DNA from: Flavobacteriales bacterium
GTDB lineage: Bacteria > Bacteroidota > Bacteroidia > Flavobacteriales_F > PHOS-HE28
DNA: 64,000 nucleotides
NCBI GenBank assembly: GCA_047601855.1
Contig: JASGIM010000002.1
Coordinates: 708,277-772,276 of the forward strand
Direction of reading: 5' to 3'
Shown here: positions 29,955 to 39,989 of the stretch, piece by piece
Numbering within the stretch: the stretch's first letter is position 1
Layout of the letters: each line of letters starts with the position of its first letter
Program-made: the position numbers and the translations under genes
Notes under the pieces: generated by a model
Database searches by the model: none
What the model was told of the DNA's origin: nothing
What the model saw: the letters and a program-made list of their open reading frames with translations, nothing else

Positions 29955-30536
29955 TCAGGCGTTGGTGCGTTCCAGGCTGCGGTCCACGGTGGGCGGGGTG
30001 GCGGCTTCCATCGTGTTGCCGGTGTAGGGCCGGGGCAGCGAGGAAGGGGTATCCTTCTTGGCCAGCATCAGGGCGCCCACCATGGCGCTGAGGAAAAGCA
30101 CGCTGCTCACCTCGAACGGCAGCAGGAAGGTGTTGAAGAGGCTCATGCCCACGCTGCGCACCAGGCCCACTCCCCCGTCGAGGGGATGCGCCGCCTGGAT
30201 GTCGACCCCCTCCCGCACGGCGGCCAGCAGGGTCAGCAGGAAGATGCCGCCGCTGAGCACCGCCGCTACCCGGGTGGCCAGGCTCTTCCGCGGTTCGGTG
30301 TTCGCGTTCAGGTTCATCAGCATGATCACGAAGAGGAACAGCACCATGATGGCCCCCGTGTACACGATGATGTGCACCATCGCCAGGAACTGGGCGTTCA
30401 GCAGGATGTAGTGCCCCGCGATGCTCATGAAGCACACGATCAAGGCGATCACGCTGTTGATCGGGCTGCGCGCGGAGACCACGAGAAGGGCGCTGACGAT
30501 GCTGATGAGCGCGATGACGTAGAAGAGAAGCTGCAT
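29955..30536 (-). CDS. nuoJ: NADH-quinone oxidoreductase subunit J
   Basis: MQLLFYVIALISIVSALLVV...YTGAIMVLFLFVIMLMNL. Start chosen inside ORF 29955..30725. Confidence 0.8.
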   Translation of the reverse strand: MQLLFYVIALISIVSALLVVSARSPINSVIALIVCFMSIAGHYILLNAQFLAMVHIIVYTGAIMVLFLFVIMLMNLNANTEPRKSLATRVAAVLSGGIFLLTLLAAVREGVDIQAAHPLDGGVGLVRSVGMSLFNTFLLPFEVSSVLFLSAMVGALMLAKKDTPSSLPRPYTGNTMEAATPPTVDRSLERTNA

Positions 30537-30705
30537 GCCTCGGAACGGTTCCTGGCTGAACGGTGGCGAAAGTAAAGCGATAACCCGCAACCGAGCGCCA
30601 CACGGTCCCCCGCTTTGCACGCCATCCTGTGGACCGAAAGCCGGCCGGGCCGTCCCTGCCCGTGGTCGGGAACGGACCCGGGAGCCATTCCGCGCGTTTC
30701 GTGCT

Positions 30706-30736
30706 GGAAGAGCAAGGGCGGCCAACGGCCGCCCTT
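30706..30736 (-). terminator. perfect 14-bp GC hairpin (GAGCAAGGGCGGCC/GGCCGCCCTTGCTC) between nuoI and nuoJ, an intra-operon stem-loop
   Basis: Read directly. Lies in the unusually long 225-nt nuoI-nuoJ spacer. Confidence 0.35.
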
Positions 30737-30761
30737 GCTCAAGATATCAGGGGTATGCGTA

Positions 30762-31352
30762 TCAGCGGTTGTGCGCGAACTGCCGCTGCTCCTTGAACTT
30801 GAGCACGGCGGGCGTTTGCCGCTTGCTCACGTCGATGCGCTTGCTCTTCTCCATCGGCTCCACCAGTTCGTCCTTGCCGAACACGAACGGGGTGCGCAGA
30901 TAGTCGCTCTCCACGATGCGGTCCGTGAGGAAGATGGCCTCTTTCGGGCAGGCATCCTCGCAGTCGCCGCAGAAGATGCAGCGCAGCATGTTGATCTCGT
31001 AGGTGATGGCGTACTTCTCCTCGCGGTACAGGTGCTCCTCGCCCTTCTTGCGCTCGCCGCTGGTCATGGTGATGGCTTCCGCGGGGCAGGCCACCGCGCA
31101 GAGGCCGCAGGCCGTGCAACGCTCGCGGCCCTGCTCGTCCCGCTTCAGCACGTGCTGGCCGCGGTACACCTGGCTGAAGGGCCGTTTCACCTCCGGGTAC
31201 TGGATGGTGGGGCGCTTGAGGCGGAAGAAGTGCTTGATGGTGATCAGCAGCCCGCCTACGATGGCCGGGATGTAGATCCGCTCCATCAGCGACATCTTCT
31301 TGTTGCTCACCACTTGGGAGCGCTGCGTCAACGGTTGCATCGGCGTGGCCAT
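30762..31352 (-). CDS. nuoI: NADH-quinone oxidoreductase subunit I (2x[4Fe-4S] ferredoxin)
   Basis: CTACGLCAVACP and CIFCGDCEDACP motifs. Confidence 0.9.
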   Translation of the reverse strand: MATPMQPLTQRSQVVSNKKMSLMERIYIPAIVGGLLITIKHFFRLKRPTIQYPEVKRPFSQVYRGQHVLKRDEQGRERCTACGLCAVACPAEAITMTSGERKKGEEHLYREEKYAITYEINMLRCIFCGDCEDACPKEAIFLTDRIVESDYLRTPFVFGKDELVEPMEKSKRIDVSKRQTPAVLKFKEQRQFAHNR

Positions 31353-31356
31353 GGCC

Positions 31357-32388
31357 TCAGAAGTGGAGGAACTGCATCAGTTCGTGACGGCCCACCCAGG
31401 CGCCGGTGAGCAGGATGTTGAGGATCGCCAGCGGGATCAGGGCCTTCCAGCCCAGGTTCATCAGCTGGTCGAAACGGAAGCGCGGCAGGGTCCAGCGGAT
31501 CCACATGAAGAAGAACACGAAGAAGAAGGTCTTCGCGAACATCGCCAGCGTGCCCAGCACCGTCACCAGGTCCGGATCGAGGCCGAGCTTGTACAGGCCC
31601 GGGATGTGGTAGCCGCCGAAGTACAGCGTGGCCATCACCGCGCTGCTGATGAACATGTTCACGTACTCCGCGAAAAGGTAGAAGCCCAGCTTCATGCTGC
31701 TGAACTCTGTGTGGTAGCCGCCCACCAGCTCGGTCTCGCACTCGGGCATGTCGAACGGGGCCCGGTTGGTCTCTGCGAAGGCGCAGGTGATGAAGATGAG
31801 GAAGCCCAGCGGCTGGTAGAGGATGTTCCAGCCGTACTGCACCTGGTGGTCCACGATGCCGTGCATGCTCAACGTGCCCGTCATCATCACCAGCGCCACG
31901 ATGCTCAGGCCCATCGCCAGCTCGTAGCTCACCATCTGGCTCGCCGCGCGGATGGCGCCCAGCAGCGCGAACTTGTTGTTGCTGGCCCAGCCGCCCAGCA
32001 TGATGCCGTACACCCCGATGCTCACCATGGCGAACACGTACAGGATGCCGATCTCCGGATCGGCGCCCTGCAAGTTCATCGTATGGCCGAACAGCGTGAT
32101 GCTGCCGCCCCAGGGGATCACCGCGCCGGTGAGGAGCGCCGTGGTCATCGCGATCGCGGGGCCGAGGAAGAAGAGCTTCTTGTTCGCCGTGGCGGGCACG
32201 AAGTCCTCCTTCATGAACATCTTGGCTCCATCGGCCAGCGGTTGCAGCAGCCCGAAGGGGCCCGCCCGGTTCGGACCGATGCGGTCCTGCAGGAAGGCGG
32301 CCACCTTGCGCTCGCCGTAGGTCTCATACGCCGCCACCGACAAGGTGACCACGAAGAGCACGAGCAGGAATAGGATCGTGGCGAGCAT
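31357..32388 (-). CDS. nuoH: NADH-quinone oxidoreductase subunit H
   Basis: RIGPNRAGPFGLLQPLADGAKMF...SMKLGFYLFAEYVNM, a canonical NuoH. Confidence 0.9.
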   Translation of the reverse strand: MLATILFLLVLFVVTLSVAAYETYGERKVAAFLQDRIGPNRAGPFGLLQPLADGAKMFMKEDFVPATANKKLFFLGPAIAMTTALLTGAVIPWGGSITLFGHTMNLQGADPEIGILYVFAMVSIGVYGIMLGGWASNNKFALLGAIRAASQMVSYELAMGLSIVALVMMTGTLSMHGIVDHQVQYGWNILYQPLGFLIFITCAFAETNRAPFDMPECETELVGGYHTEFSSMKLGFYLFAEYVNMFISSAVMATLYFGGYHIPGLYKLGLDPDLVTVLGTLAMFAKTFFFVFFFMWIRWTLPRFRFDQLMNLGWKALIPLAILNILLTGAWVGRHELMQFLHF

Positions 32389-33398
32389 CAGTCCTTCACG
32401 GGTTTGGTGGCGCGGGCCAGTTCAGGCACGTTCGGTGCCGGGCTGTCCAGCGTCTTCTGCTGCCGCTTCAGCTCGTAGTGGCCCTGGCCGATCACGCTGT
32501 GGCGGTCGATCTTCCGCGGGCCTTCCACCGTCCAGGCCGACAGGTCCTTGCGCTCGAAGCGGCATTCGTTGCAGATGAACTCCTCCACCTCGCCCCACTG
32601 GTCCTTGCGGCCGGTCACGCGCAGCACGTCCTGGCCTTTCAGCCACAGCACGGCCTTGCCGCTGCATTTCGTGCAATGGCGGTGCGCGTCGGTGGGGTTG
32701 GTGAACCACACGCGGCTGGCGAAGCGGAACGTGCGGTCGGTGAGCGCGCCCACCGGGCACACATCGATCATGTTGCCGCTGAAGTCGTTGTCGATCGCCT
32801 CCTGGATGTAGGTGCTGATCTCGCTCACGTCGCCGCGGTTGATCACGCCGTGCACGCGGCCGTCGGTGATCTGCTGCGCCACCTTCACGCACCGGTAGCA
32901 CAGGATGCAGCGGTTCATGTGCAGCTTGATCGTGCTGCCGATGTCGATCGGGTCGAACGTGCGGCGCTCGAACTGGTAGCGACTGTTCTCCACGCCGTGC
33001 TCATAGCTCAGGTCCTGCAGGTGGCATTCGCCGGCCTGGTCGCAGATGGGGCAATCGAGTGGGTGGTTGATGAGCAGGAACTCGGTAACGCCCTTGCGCG
33101 CGTCCAGCACCTCGGCGTTGATGGTGTTCTCCACCACCATGCCGTCCATCACGTTGGTGCGGCAGCTGGCCACCGGCTTAGGCATCGGGCGCGGGTCCTT
33201 CTCGCTGCCCTTGGTCACCTTCACGATGCACGTGCGGCAGTAGCCGCCGCTCGTCTTCAGCGTGCTGTAGTAGCACATCGTGGGCGGCACCACGTGGCGG
33301 TGCGCCGGGTCGCGCTCGCCGATCATCCGCGCGGCCTGCAGGATGGTGGTCCCTTCCGGGACCTCGATCTCGATGTTGTCGATGGTGACCTTCGGCAT
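32388..33398 (-). CDS. nuoG: NADH-quinone oxidoreductase subunit G (short ~336-aa form)
   Basis: 2Fe-2S and 4Fe-4S cysteine motifs (CYYSTLKTSGGYCRTC, HPLDCPICDQAGEC, CILCYRCVKV). Lacks the molybdopterin-like extension. Confidence 0.85.
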   Translation of the reverse strand: MPKVTIDNIEIEVPEGTTILQAARMIGERDPAHRHVVPPTMCYYSTLKTSGGYCRTCIVKVTKGSEKDPRPMPKPVASCRTNVMDGMVVENTINAEVLDARKGVTEFLLINHPLDCPICDQAGECHLQDLSYEHGVENSRYQFERRTFDPIDIGSTIKLHMNRCILCYRCVKVAQQITDGRVHGVINRGDVSEISTYIQEAIDNDFSGNMIDVCPVGALTDRTFRFASRVWFTNPTDAHRHCTKCSGKAVLWLKGQDVLRVTGRKDQWGEVEEFICNECRFERKDLSAWTVEGPRKIDRHSVIGQGHYELKRQQKTLDSPAPNVPELARATKPVKD

Positions 33399-33401
33399 GG
33401 C

Positions 33402-34757
33402 TCAGACGACTACGGTCTTGTGTTTGCGCACGAACGGCTCCTTCTCGAAGTGCTTCGGGTCCTTCACCTTGGTGGGGTGCGTGGCGTGGTATTCGAACTC
33501 ATCGCGGAAGTGGCGGATCGCCGCGGCCACCGGCCAGGCGGCGGCATCGCCGAGCGGGCAGATGGTGTTGCCCTCGATGCGGCGCTGGATGTCCCACAGC
33601 AGGTCGATGTCGTCCATGCGGCCCTGTCCGTGCTCCAGGCGGTGCAGCACCTTCTCCATCCAGCCGGTGCCTTCGCGGCAGGGGCTGCACTGGCCGCAGC
33701 TTTCGTGGTGGTAGAAGCGCGCGTGCGCCCATGTGCTGCGCACGATGCACTGCGCGTCGTTGTATACGTAGAACCCGCCGGAGCCGAGCATGCTGCCCGT
33801 TTGGAAGCCGCCATCGGCAAGGCTTTCGTAGGTCATCAGGCGCGGCTCGAACTTGGCCGTCTTGAAGAGCAGTTCCGCGGGAAGGATGGGCACCGAGCTG
33901 CCGCCCGGCACGCAGGCCTTCAGCGCGCGGCCTTCCACGCCGCCGCAATACTCATCGCTCTGGATGAACTCTTCCACCGGCACGCCCAGTTCGATCTCGT
34001 ACACGCCCGGCTTCTTGATGTTGCCGCCTGCACTGATGAGCTTGGTGCCGGTGCTCTTGCCGATGCCGATCTTGGCGTATTCCTCGCCGCCGTCGTTCAC
34101 GATGGGCACCACGGCCGCGATCGTCTCCACGTTGTTCACCACCGTGGGGCAGTCGTAGAGGCCTTTCACCGCCGGGAAGGGCGGTTTGATGCGTGGATTG
34201 CCGCGCTTGCCTTCGAGGCTTTCCAGCAGGGCCGTCTCCTCGCCGCAGATGTAGGCGCCGGCGCCCACCTGTACGTGGATGTCCAGGTCGAACCCGGTGC
34301 CCAGGATGTTCTTGCCGAGCCAGCCGGCCGCGCGGGCCTCGTCGATGGCCCGCTCCAGGATGCGGCTCACGTAGAAGTATTCCCCGCGGATGTAGATGAA
34401 GCCCGTGTTCGCGCCCAGCGCGAAGCACGAGGTCACCATGCCTTCGATCAGGATGTGCGGGATCCGCTCCATCAGGTAGCGGTCCTTGAAGGTGCCGGGC
34501 TCGCTCTCGTCGGCGTTCACCACCAGGTAGCGGGGCACGCCGGGCGGTTTCGCCAGGAAGCTCCACTTCATGCCGGTGGGGAAGCCCGCGCCCCCGCGGC
34601 CGCGCAGGCCGCTCTTCTTCACTTCCTCCACCACCGCGTCGGGCGCCATGGTCTTGAGCGCCTTTTCCACGCTGCGGTAGCCGCCCATGCGGCGGTAGGT
34701 CTCCAGCCCTTGGATGCCGGGGACGTTCACGTGCTCGAGGAGGAGTTTGCGGCCCAT
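33402..34757 (-). CDS. nuoF: NADH-quinone oxidoreductase subunit F (51-kDa FMN/NAD-binding subunit)
   Basis: GRGGAGFPTG, ADESEPGTF and ESCGQCSPCREG motifs. Start chosen at MGRKLLLEH. The 11 codons upstream in the listed ORF are the 30-nt repeat motif. Confidence 0.9.
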   Translation of the reverse strand: MGRKLLLEHVNVPGIQGLETYRRMGGYRSVEKALKTMAPDAVVEEVKKSGLRGRGGAGFPTGMKWSFLAKPPGVPRYLVVNADESEPGTFKDRYLMERIPHILIEGMVTSCFALGANTGFIYIRGEYFYVSRILERAIDEARAAGWLGKNILGTGFDLDIHVQVGAGAYICGEETALLESLEGKRGNPRIKPPFPAVKGLYDCPTVVNNVETIAAVVPIVNDGGEEYAKIGIGKSTGTKLISAGGNIKKPGVYEIELGVPVEEFIQSDEYCGGVEGRALKACVPGGSSVPILPAELLFKTAKFEPRLMTYESLADGGFQTGSMLGSGGFYVYNDAQCIVRSTWAHARFYHHESCGQCSPCREGTGWMEKVLHRLEHGQGRMDDIDLLWDIQRRIEGNTICPLGDAAAWPVAAAIRHFRDEFEYHATHPTKVKDPKHFEKEPFVRKHKTVVV

Positions 34758-34760
34758 GTG

Positions 34761-34790
34761 CTTTGCGCGATGCCGGGTCAGGCCCGGCAT
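34761..34790 (-). repeat. 30-nt hairpin motif (copy 2, inverted), lying 4-33 nt upstream of the nuoF start codon
   Basis: Reverse complement ATGCCGGGCCTGACCCGGCATCGCGCAAAG, 29 of 30 identical to 22991..23020. Confidence 0.6.
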
Positions 34791-34801
34791 GGGTTCGGTG
34801 G

Positions 34802-35377
34802 TTATCGGTCGGTGTAGTTGTTACGCGTGGGGGAGTTGCGCAGTTCCTCGATCAGTGCGTCCATCTTCGCGGGCGTCAGGTCCTCGTGGTACTTGGCGCC
34901 GCATTGCAGCATCGGCGCGGTGCCGCAGCTGCCCAGGCATTCCACCGCCTTCAGGGTGAACATCCCGTCCGGGGTGGTCCCGCCCACGTGGATGCCCAGC
35001 TTTTGCTCGGTATAGGCGATCAGGTCATCGGCCCCGCGGATCAGGCAGGGCGTGGTGCGGCAGATCTCCAGTACGTGCCTGCCCACCGGATGCAGGTTAT
35101 ACATGGAGTAGAACGAGGCCACCTCGTACACCTCGATGTGCTGGATGCCGAGCAGCTGTGCCACGGCGTCCATGGCGTTCACGCTCAGCCAGCCGTCGTT
35201 CTCCGACTGTGCGATGTGCAGGATCGGCAGCAGGGCGCTCTTGCTGCGGCCTTCCGGATAGCGGGCGATGATGCGCCTGCATTCGGCCAGCGCGGCCTCG
35301 CTGAAGGAGAAGGGCGCTACGCCCTCCGTGGTGGTGATGGCTTTTACCGTGGCTCCCATCTCACGCGTCGAGTTCAC
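34802..35377 (-). CDS. nuoE: NADH-quinone oxidoreductase subunit E (24-kDa 2Fe-2S)
   Basis: CRTTPCLIRGADD...VECLGSCGTAPM thioredoxin-like [2Fe-2S] motif. Confidence 0.85.
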   Translation of the reverse strand: MNSTREMGATVKAITTTEGVAPFSFSEAALAECRRIIARYPEGRSKSALLPILHIAQSENDGWLSVNAMDAVAQLLGIQHIEVYEVASFYSMYNLHPVGRHVLEICRTTPCLIRGADDLIAYTEQKLGIHVGGTTPDGMFTLKAVECLGSCGTAPMLQCGAKYHEDLTPAKMDALIEELRNSPTRNNYTDR

Positions 35378-36620
35378 CCGCGATCACGTTCATGCTGCTC
35401 ATGGTGAGGATCGCGTCGCTCAGCATGCCGCCCTTGATGATCTCCGGGAAGGCCTGGTAGTAGATGTAGCACGGCCGGCGCAGGTGCAGCCGGAACGGCG
35501 TGCGGCCGCCGTCGCTCACCAGGTAGAAGCCCAGTTCGCCGTTGCCGCCCTCCACCGCGTGGTACACTTCCCCCACGGGCACTTCCGCTTCGCCCATCAC
35601 CAGCTTGAAATGGTAGATGAGCGCCTCCATCTGGCTGTAGACCTCCTCCTTCGGTGGCAGCACCCATTCGGGCACGTCCGCGCGGAAGGTGGTCTTGTCC
35701 GGCATCTTCTCCAGCTTGTCCAGCGCTTGCTGGATGATGCGGAGGCTCTGCCACATCTCGCCCTGGCGCACCATGAAGCGGTCGTACACGTCGCCGTTCT
35801 GGCCCACCGGGATGGTGAAGTCGAAGTCCGCGTAACTGCTGTACGGGTCGGCCACGCGCACGTCGTAGTCCACGCCGCAGGCCCGCAGGTTCGGGCCGGT
35901 GAAGCCGTAGGCCAGCGCGCGGTCGGCCGGGAAGCCGCCGCAGTTGATCGTGCGGTCCATGAAGATGCGGTTGCGCACCAGCAGCTTCTCGAACTCCTTC
36001 AGCACCGGCGGGAACTCCTTCAGGATGGCGCGGATGCGCTGCCAGGCGAGGTCGCTGAAGTTCCGCTCGAAGCCGCCGATGCGGCCCATGTTCGTCGTCA
36101 GCCGCGCGCCGCAGATCTCCTCATACACCTCGTAGATCCGCTCGCGCCACTGGTACACGTAGAGGAAGGGCGTGGTGGCCCCGGCGTCCTGGCCGATGAT
36201 GGTGTTGCAGATGATGTGGTCGGCGATGCGCGCCAGTTCCATCACGATCACCCGCATGTATTCCACGCGCTTGGGCAGCTCGATGCCCACCAGCTTCTCC
36301 ACCGTCATGTGCCAGCCCATGTTGTTGATGGGGGCGCTGCAGTAGTTCATCCGGTCCGTCAGCGTGGTGATCTGATAGAACGGCCGCCGCTCCGCGATCT
36401 TCTCGAACGCGCGGTGGATGTAGCCGATCGTCTGCTCGGTGTCCAGGATGATCTCGCCGTCCAGCGTCAGCACGTTCTGGAAGATGCCGTGCGTGGCCGG
36501 GTGGGTGGGGCCCAGGTTCAGGGTGGTGAGCTCGCGCATGGCGGAGCCTTCCACCACATCGCGCTGCCAGTAGTCCGGCCTGCCTTGGGCAGGGCCGATG
36601 GGTTTCCCGGTCTCGCTCAT
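35361..36620 (-). CDS. nuoD: NADH-quinone oxidoreductase subunit D (49-kDa)
   Basis: [14 protein letters not shown]...[15 protein letters not shown]...C-terminal RRPCY, a canonical NuoD. Confidence 0.9.
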   Translation of the reverse strand: MSETGKPIGPAQGRPDYWQRDVVEGSAMRELTTLNLGPTHPATHGIFQNVLTLDGEIILDTEQTIGYIHRAFEKIAERRPFYQITTLTDRMNYCSAPINNMGWHMTVEKLVGIELPKRVEYMRVIVMELARIADHIICNTIIGQDAGATTPFLYVYQWRERIYEVYEEICGARLTTNMGRIGGFERNFSDLAWQRIRAILKEFPPVLKEFEKLLVRNRIFMDRTINCGGFPADRALAYGFTGPNLRACGVDYDVRVADPYSSYADFDFTIPVGQNGDVYDRFMVRQGEMWQSLRIIQQALDKLEKMPDKTTFRADVPEWVLPPKEEVYSQMEALIYHFKLVMGEAEVPVGEVYHAVEGGNGELGFYLVSDGGRTPFRLHLRRPCYIYYQAFPEIIKGGMLSDAILTMSSMNVIAGELDA

Positions 36621-37130
36621 CGGCCGAACATGCTATCGTTCTTGTCGTGGCGCGTGGGGTCCTCCAGCGGATAGTCCTTCCGCAGGGGGAAGGCCGGGAA
36701 GTCCTCCATGTTCAGGATGCGCTTCAGGTTCGGGTGGCCGGTGAAGCGGATGCCGAAGAAATCCCACGCCTCGCGCTCCATCCAATTGGCCGTGGGCCAT
36801 ACGTCCACCGCTGTCGGGAGCACGGGTATCCTTCAGCGGCATGTAGGTCTTTACGCGGATGCGGTGCCCGTTGCGCATGCTGTGCAGGTGGTACACCATG
36901 CCCAGTTCCAGTTCCTGGCCCGGGTGGTGCATGCCGCACGCCGAGGTGAGGAAGTTGAAGCCGAGCTCGTCGCGCAGGAAGCGCAGGATGTCGATGATGC
37001 GGTCGCGCTGCACGGTGAAGCACAGCACGTCGTAGAGCCGCTCATGCGACAGCACCTCCCCGCTGAAGGTGGCGGTGAGCCGGTCGGTCACCAGCTGGTC
37101 GCGGTCGGCCTTGATGGCGAAGCTTGGCAC
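36617..37130 (-). CDS. nuoC: NADH-quinone oxidoreductase subunit C (30-kDa). GTG start; reading frame broken near 36824-36830
   Basis: ORF 36633..37199 ...[11 protein letters not shown] joins ORF 36617..36823 [28 protein letters not shown]... The break is a length change in a short C-run on the coding strand. GTG at 37130 sits 2 nt after the nuoB stop. Confidence 0.75.
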
Positions 37131-37131
37131 C

Positions 37132-37726
37132 TCAGTCGATCTTGTACTTGGTGAGCAGGTCCTCGTATTCCTTGCTGTAGCGGCGGCGCAGGCTCTCATT
37201 GGCGGCCAGCTCCTGGATCTTCAGGATGCCGTCGATCACCTGTTCCGGACGCGGAGGGCAGCCGGGGATGTACACGTCCACGGGGATCGACCCGGTCGAT
37301 GCCCTGCAGCACGCTGTAGCTGTCGAAGATGCCGCCGCTGCTGGCGCACGCACCCATGCTGAGCACCCATTTGGGCTCGGCCATCTGCGTGTACACCTCG
37401 CGGAGCACGGGGGCCATCTTCTTGGCGATGGTGCCCATCACCATCAGCAGGTCGCTCTGGCGCGGGCTGAAGCTCAGGCGCTCCATGCCGAAGCGGCTCA
37501 GGTCGTAATGCGCGCTCATGGTGCTCATGAACTCGATGCCGCAGCAGCTGGTGGCGAAGGGCAGCGGCCACAGGCTGTTCTTGCGCGCCAGGCCGATGGC
37601 CTTGTCGATGGACGTGGCGAAGAAGCCGCTGCCGGTCATGCCTTCGGGCGGGGCCACGATGGCGGGCTTCCCGCGGCCGGTGTCCTTCACCTCCGGCATC
37701 TCGTGCGGATGCTTGCGGTCGTTCAT
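37132..37726 (-). CDS. nuoB: NADH-quinone oxidoreductase subunit B (20-kDa, N2 cluster). One +1 frame break near 37288
   Basis: [10 protein letters not shown]...[16 protein letters not shown]...[21 protein letters not shown] joins ORF 37132..37353 [20 protein letters not shown]... Confidence 0.85.
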
Positions 37727-38086
37727 TCCCACTTGAGCGCGCCTTTTTTGATCACGTAGTAGAACCCGGCCAGCACGAAGAAGATGAAGCACACCATCTC
37801 GATGAAGCCGGTGGCCCCGAGTTGCTTGAAGTTCACCGCCCAGGGGTAGAGGAAGATCGACCTCCACGTCGAACAGCACGAAGAGGATGGCGATCAGGAA
37901 ATACTTCACCGAGAACGGCATCCGGGCGTTGCCGTGCTGCTCGATGCCGCACTCGAAGCTCTCGTCCTTGTGGCGGCCGTGGCGCTTGGGACCGAGCCAC
38001 GCGGCAGCGGACAGGGCGAAGCCGACGAAGCCGACGGCGATGATCGTCTGGATGACGATCGGCAGGTAGTCGTGCGGAGTGCTCAT
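37723..38086 (-). CDS. nuoA: NADH-quinone oxidoreductase subunit A. One +1 frame break near 37858
   Basis: MSTPHDYLPIVIQTIIAVGF...FSVKYFLIAILFVLFDVEV joins the next frame [44 protein letters not shown]. Stop overlaps the nuoB ATG (ATGA). Confidence 0.8.
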
Positions 38087-38136
38087 GTGAGGGCCAGGGC
38101 CGGGGCGAACCTAGCGGTTTCCGCCACGGGCCGCGC

Positions 38137-38144
38137 AAATGTAT
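38137..38144 (-). promoter_or_regulatory. -7 promoter motif TACATTTG (TAnnTTTG) on the minus strand, 52 nt upstream of nuoA
   Basis: Exact consensus match, read as the reverse complement of CAAATGTA. Confidence 0.35.
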
Positions 38145-38221
38145 GCCGCTCCAAGGCCGGAACGCGCCTGCAAAAGGGGGTTTCCAACACCGGGTGCTGG
38201 ACTTCTATTTCGTCCGGTGGA

Positions 38222-39805
38222 TCAAGCGGCCCGCTTGGGTGCCGGTGGTTTGAAGGAGCCCTGGCCGGCCCGCTCCCGCAACACGTCGCCCATGCTCCGG
38301 CCGCTCGCCTTGCTTTCCGCCCAGGCCAGCGGGTCGAAATGGTCGAAGGCCGCAGGCTCCTTCCCGTCCGCCTTCAGTTCGCTCAAGGCTTGGAGTAGCG
38401 CGGTGTGCGCCCGTTGCAAGGCCACGCGGCCGTCCGCCTTCGTGCGCGCCTGGGCATAGGTGAGGAGCGCGCGTTCCAGGCCCGTGTCGCGGCCACGCGC
38501 CCGCAGGAAGCGTTCCGTGTTCCGCAGGGCGTACGGCAGCAGGTCGTGCTTGCCCAGTTCCAGCAGCACCATCAGGTCCAGCAGGCGGGCCATGGTGTGC
38601 ACCTCCTCATGGGCGTCGATGCCGTTCTCGTTCAGCACCCGGTTGCACCAGCGCAGGGCCTTGTCGTAACGCCCGGCTCCGAAGCAGGCATAGGCGGCCT
38701 GGAAGCAGATGCCGGCCTTGCGGATCACGCTCAGCTGGTCGCTGAACCGGGCTAGGCCCTGTTCCACGTCGTTCAGTTTCTCCACCGCTTGCTCGAAGGA
38801 GCCCATGCGGTTCAGCACCGTCAGCTCCAGGCTGGAGCCCATGGCGAAGACCTTCATCTCCAGGTCGGGGCTGGGAGCCCCAGGCAGCATCAGCGGCAGG
38901 CGGCGGAACGCCTTCACCCCCGCGATGGCCGCTTCGTAGTGCCCCAGCCGCATCCGCACGTAGGTGTGGTTGCTCAGCACGCTCAGCAGCAGGTTCGGTT
39001 CGTCGCTGAAATGCTCCTGCTCCGAACGCAACAGCTGCTCGTTGATGTCCAAATGCCGCTCGCATTCGGCCAGCTCCCCCAATGCGAAGGCGATGGCGGA
39101 CCGCACGTGGTGGTGCAGGAACCGCGCCTTGCGCGAACTCAACTGCGCGCCTTCGGCCAGCAGGGGGTGCTCGAGCATGGCCCGCAGTTCGGGCTCGCTG
39201 GCGCGGTCACGCGCCTTGCCGCCGCGGTACAGCAACAGGAACGAACGGCTTTTCAGGTGCCACAGGGTGTCCATCTCGCCCCATCCCTGGAGTACGACCG
39301 CGCTCTGGGCCTGGAGGTCGTCCAGGTCCATGCCGTTCACGTCCTGGTAATTGGTCCGTTCCATCAGCCGCCGCTGCCAGTCCACCACCTCCAGCAACAG
39401 GCCGTGGCGCTCATGCGCGCTGGCCTGGGTGCGCACGCTGCGCAGGATCTTCGCGGCATCCTGGTACAGGGCGCGTTGGTACAGCAGTTCCACCTGGTGC
39501 AGCTGGCGGCGCAGTTTGGCGTCCAAGGAGCTCTCCGCATGGAACGCGTTGAGGCTCTGGAGAATGGATCCGTACAGCCGCCGCTTGGTGATGCTGAAGC
39601 TGCGGAGGAAGGCCTGTCCCTCGAACTTCTTCCGCAAGGCGCCCTCGTCGTACACGTCCATGGCCGCGATGGCATCGAAGAGCAGGTGGTGGTTGCTGTG
39701 CCCGCCCAGCAGGTGCCGTGACGTGTAGAGCTTGTAGTACCGCTTTTCCGGGCGGGTGAGCGACCGGATGAGGCGGTGGACATGGTCTTGCGCGTGGTTG
39801 GCCAT
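38222..39805 (-). CDS. hypothetical alpha-helical protein (~528 aa)
   Basis: Long ORF with strong GC3 bias. No recognisable catalytic motif. Possible TPR-like helical repeats. The listed ORF extends to 39877. Confidence 0.5.
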   Translation of the reverse strand: MANHAQDHVHRLIRSLTRPEKRYYKLYTSRHLLGGHSNHHLLFDAIAAMDVYDEGALRKKFEGQAFLRSFSITKRRLYGSILQSLNAFHAESSLDAKLRRQLHQVELLYQRALYQDAAKILRSVRTQASAHERHGLLLEVVDWQRRLMERTNYQDVNGMDLDDLQAQSAVVLQGWGEMDTLWHLKSRSFLLLYRGGKARDRASEPELRAMLEHPLLAEGAQLSSRKARFLHHHVRSAIAFALGELAECERHLDINEQLLRSEQEHFSDEPNLLLSVLSNHTYVRMRLGHYEAAIAGVKAFRRLPLMLPGAPSPDLEMKVFAMGSSLELTVLNRMGSFEQAVEKLNDVEQGLARFSDQLSVIRKAGICFQAAYACFGAGRYDKALRWCNRVLNENGIDAHEEVHTMARLLDLMVLLELGKHDLLPYALRNTERFLRARGRDTGLERALLTYAQARTKADGRVALQRAHTALLQALSELKADGKEPAAFDHFDPLAWAESKASGRSMGDVLRERAGQGSFKPPAPKRAA

Positions 39806-39989
39806 GGCTGCTTGGGATGAACGCCGGAGATAGCCTTCCGGGTTCTCGAAAAGAAAAATAGCGTCCATTCGGGGCATCCTGACCGGGTTCCGGGGAACGG
39901 GCCGCCAGGATGAAGGAACGGTTAAGAGAGGATGAAAAAAGAGAAGCCCGGGTCACCGGGCTTCTTGGAATCCTGGACCTGTTGTCCGG

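Noticed and set aside
32478-34817. 779-aa + strand ORF across nuoG and nuoF
   Set aside because: Antisense of two well-conserved nuo genes. Low-complexity Ala/Arg/His-rich translation.
24886-38086. Calling nuoA, B, C, L, M, N (and sdhA) genuine pseudogenes
   Set aside because: Every break is a single-base indel with a recurring sequence context (GAT^C or a homopolymer). Flanking residues are perfectly conserved. The operon is the only complex I locus in view. An artifact is more parsimonious, although I cannot prove it without reads.
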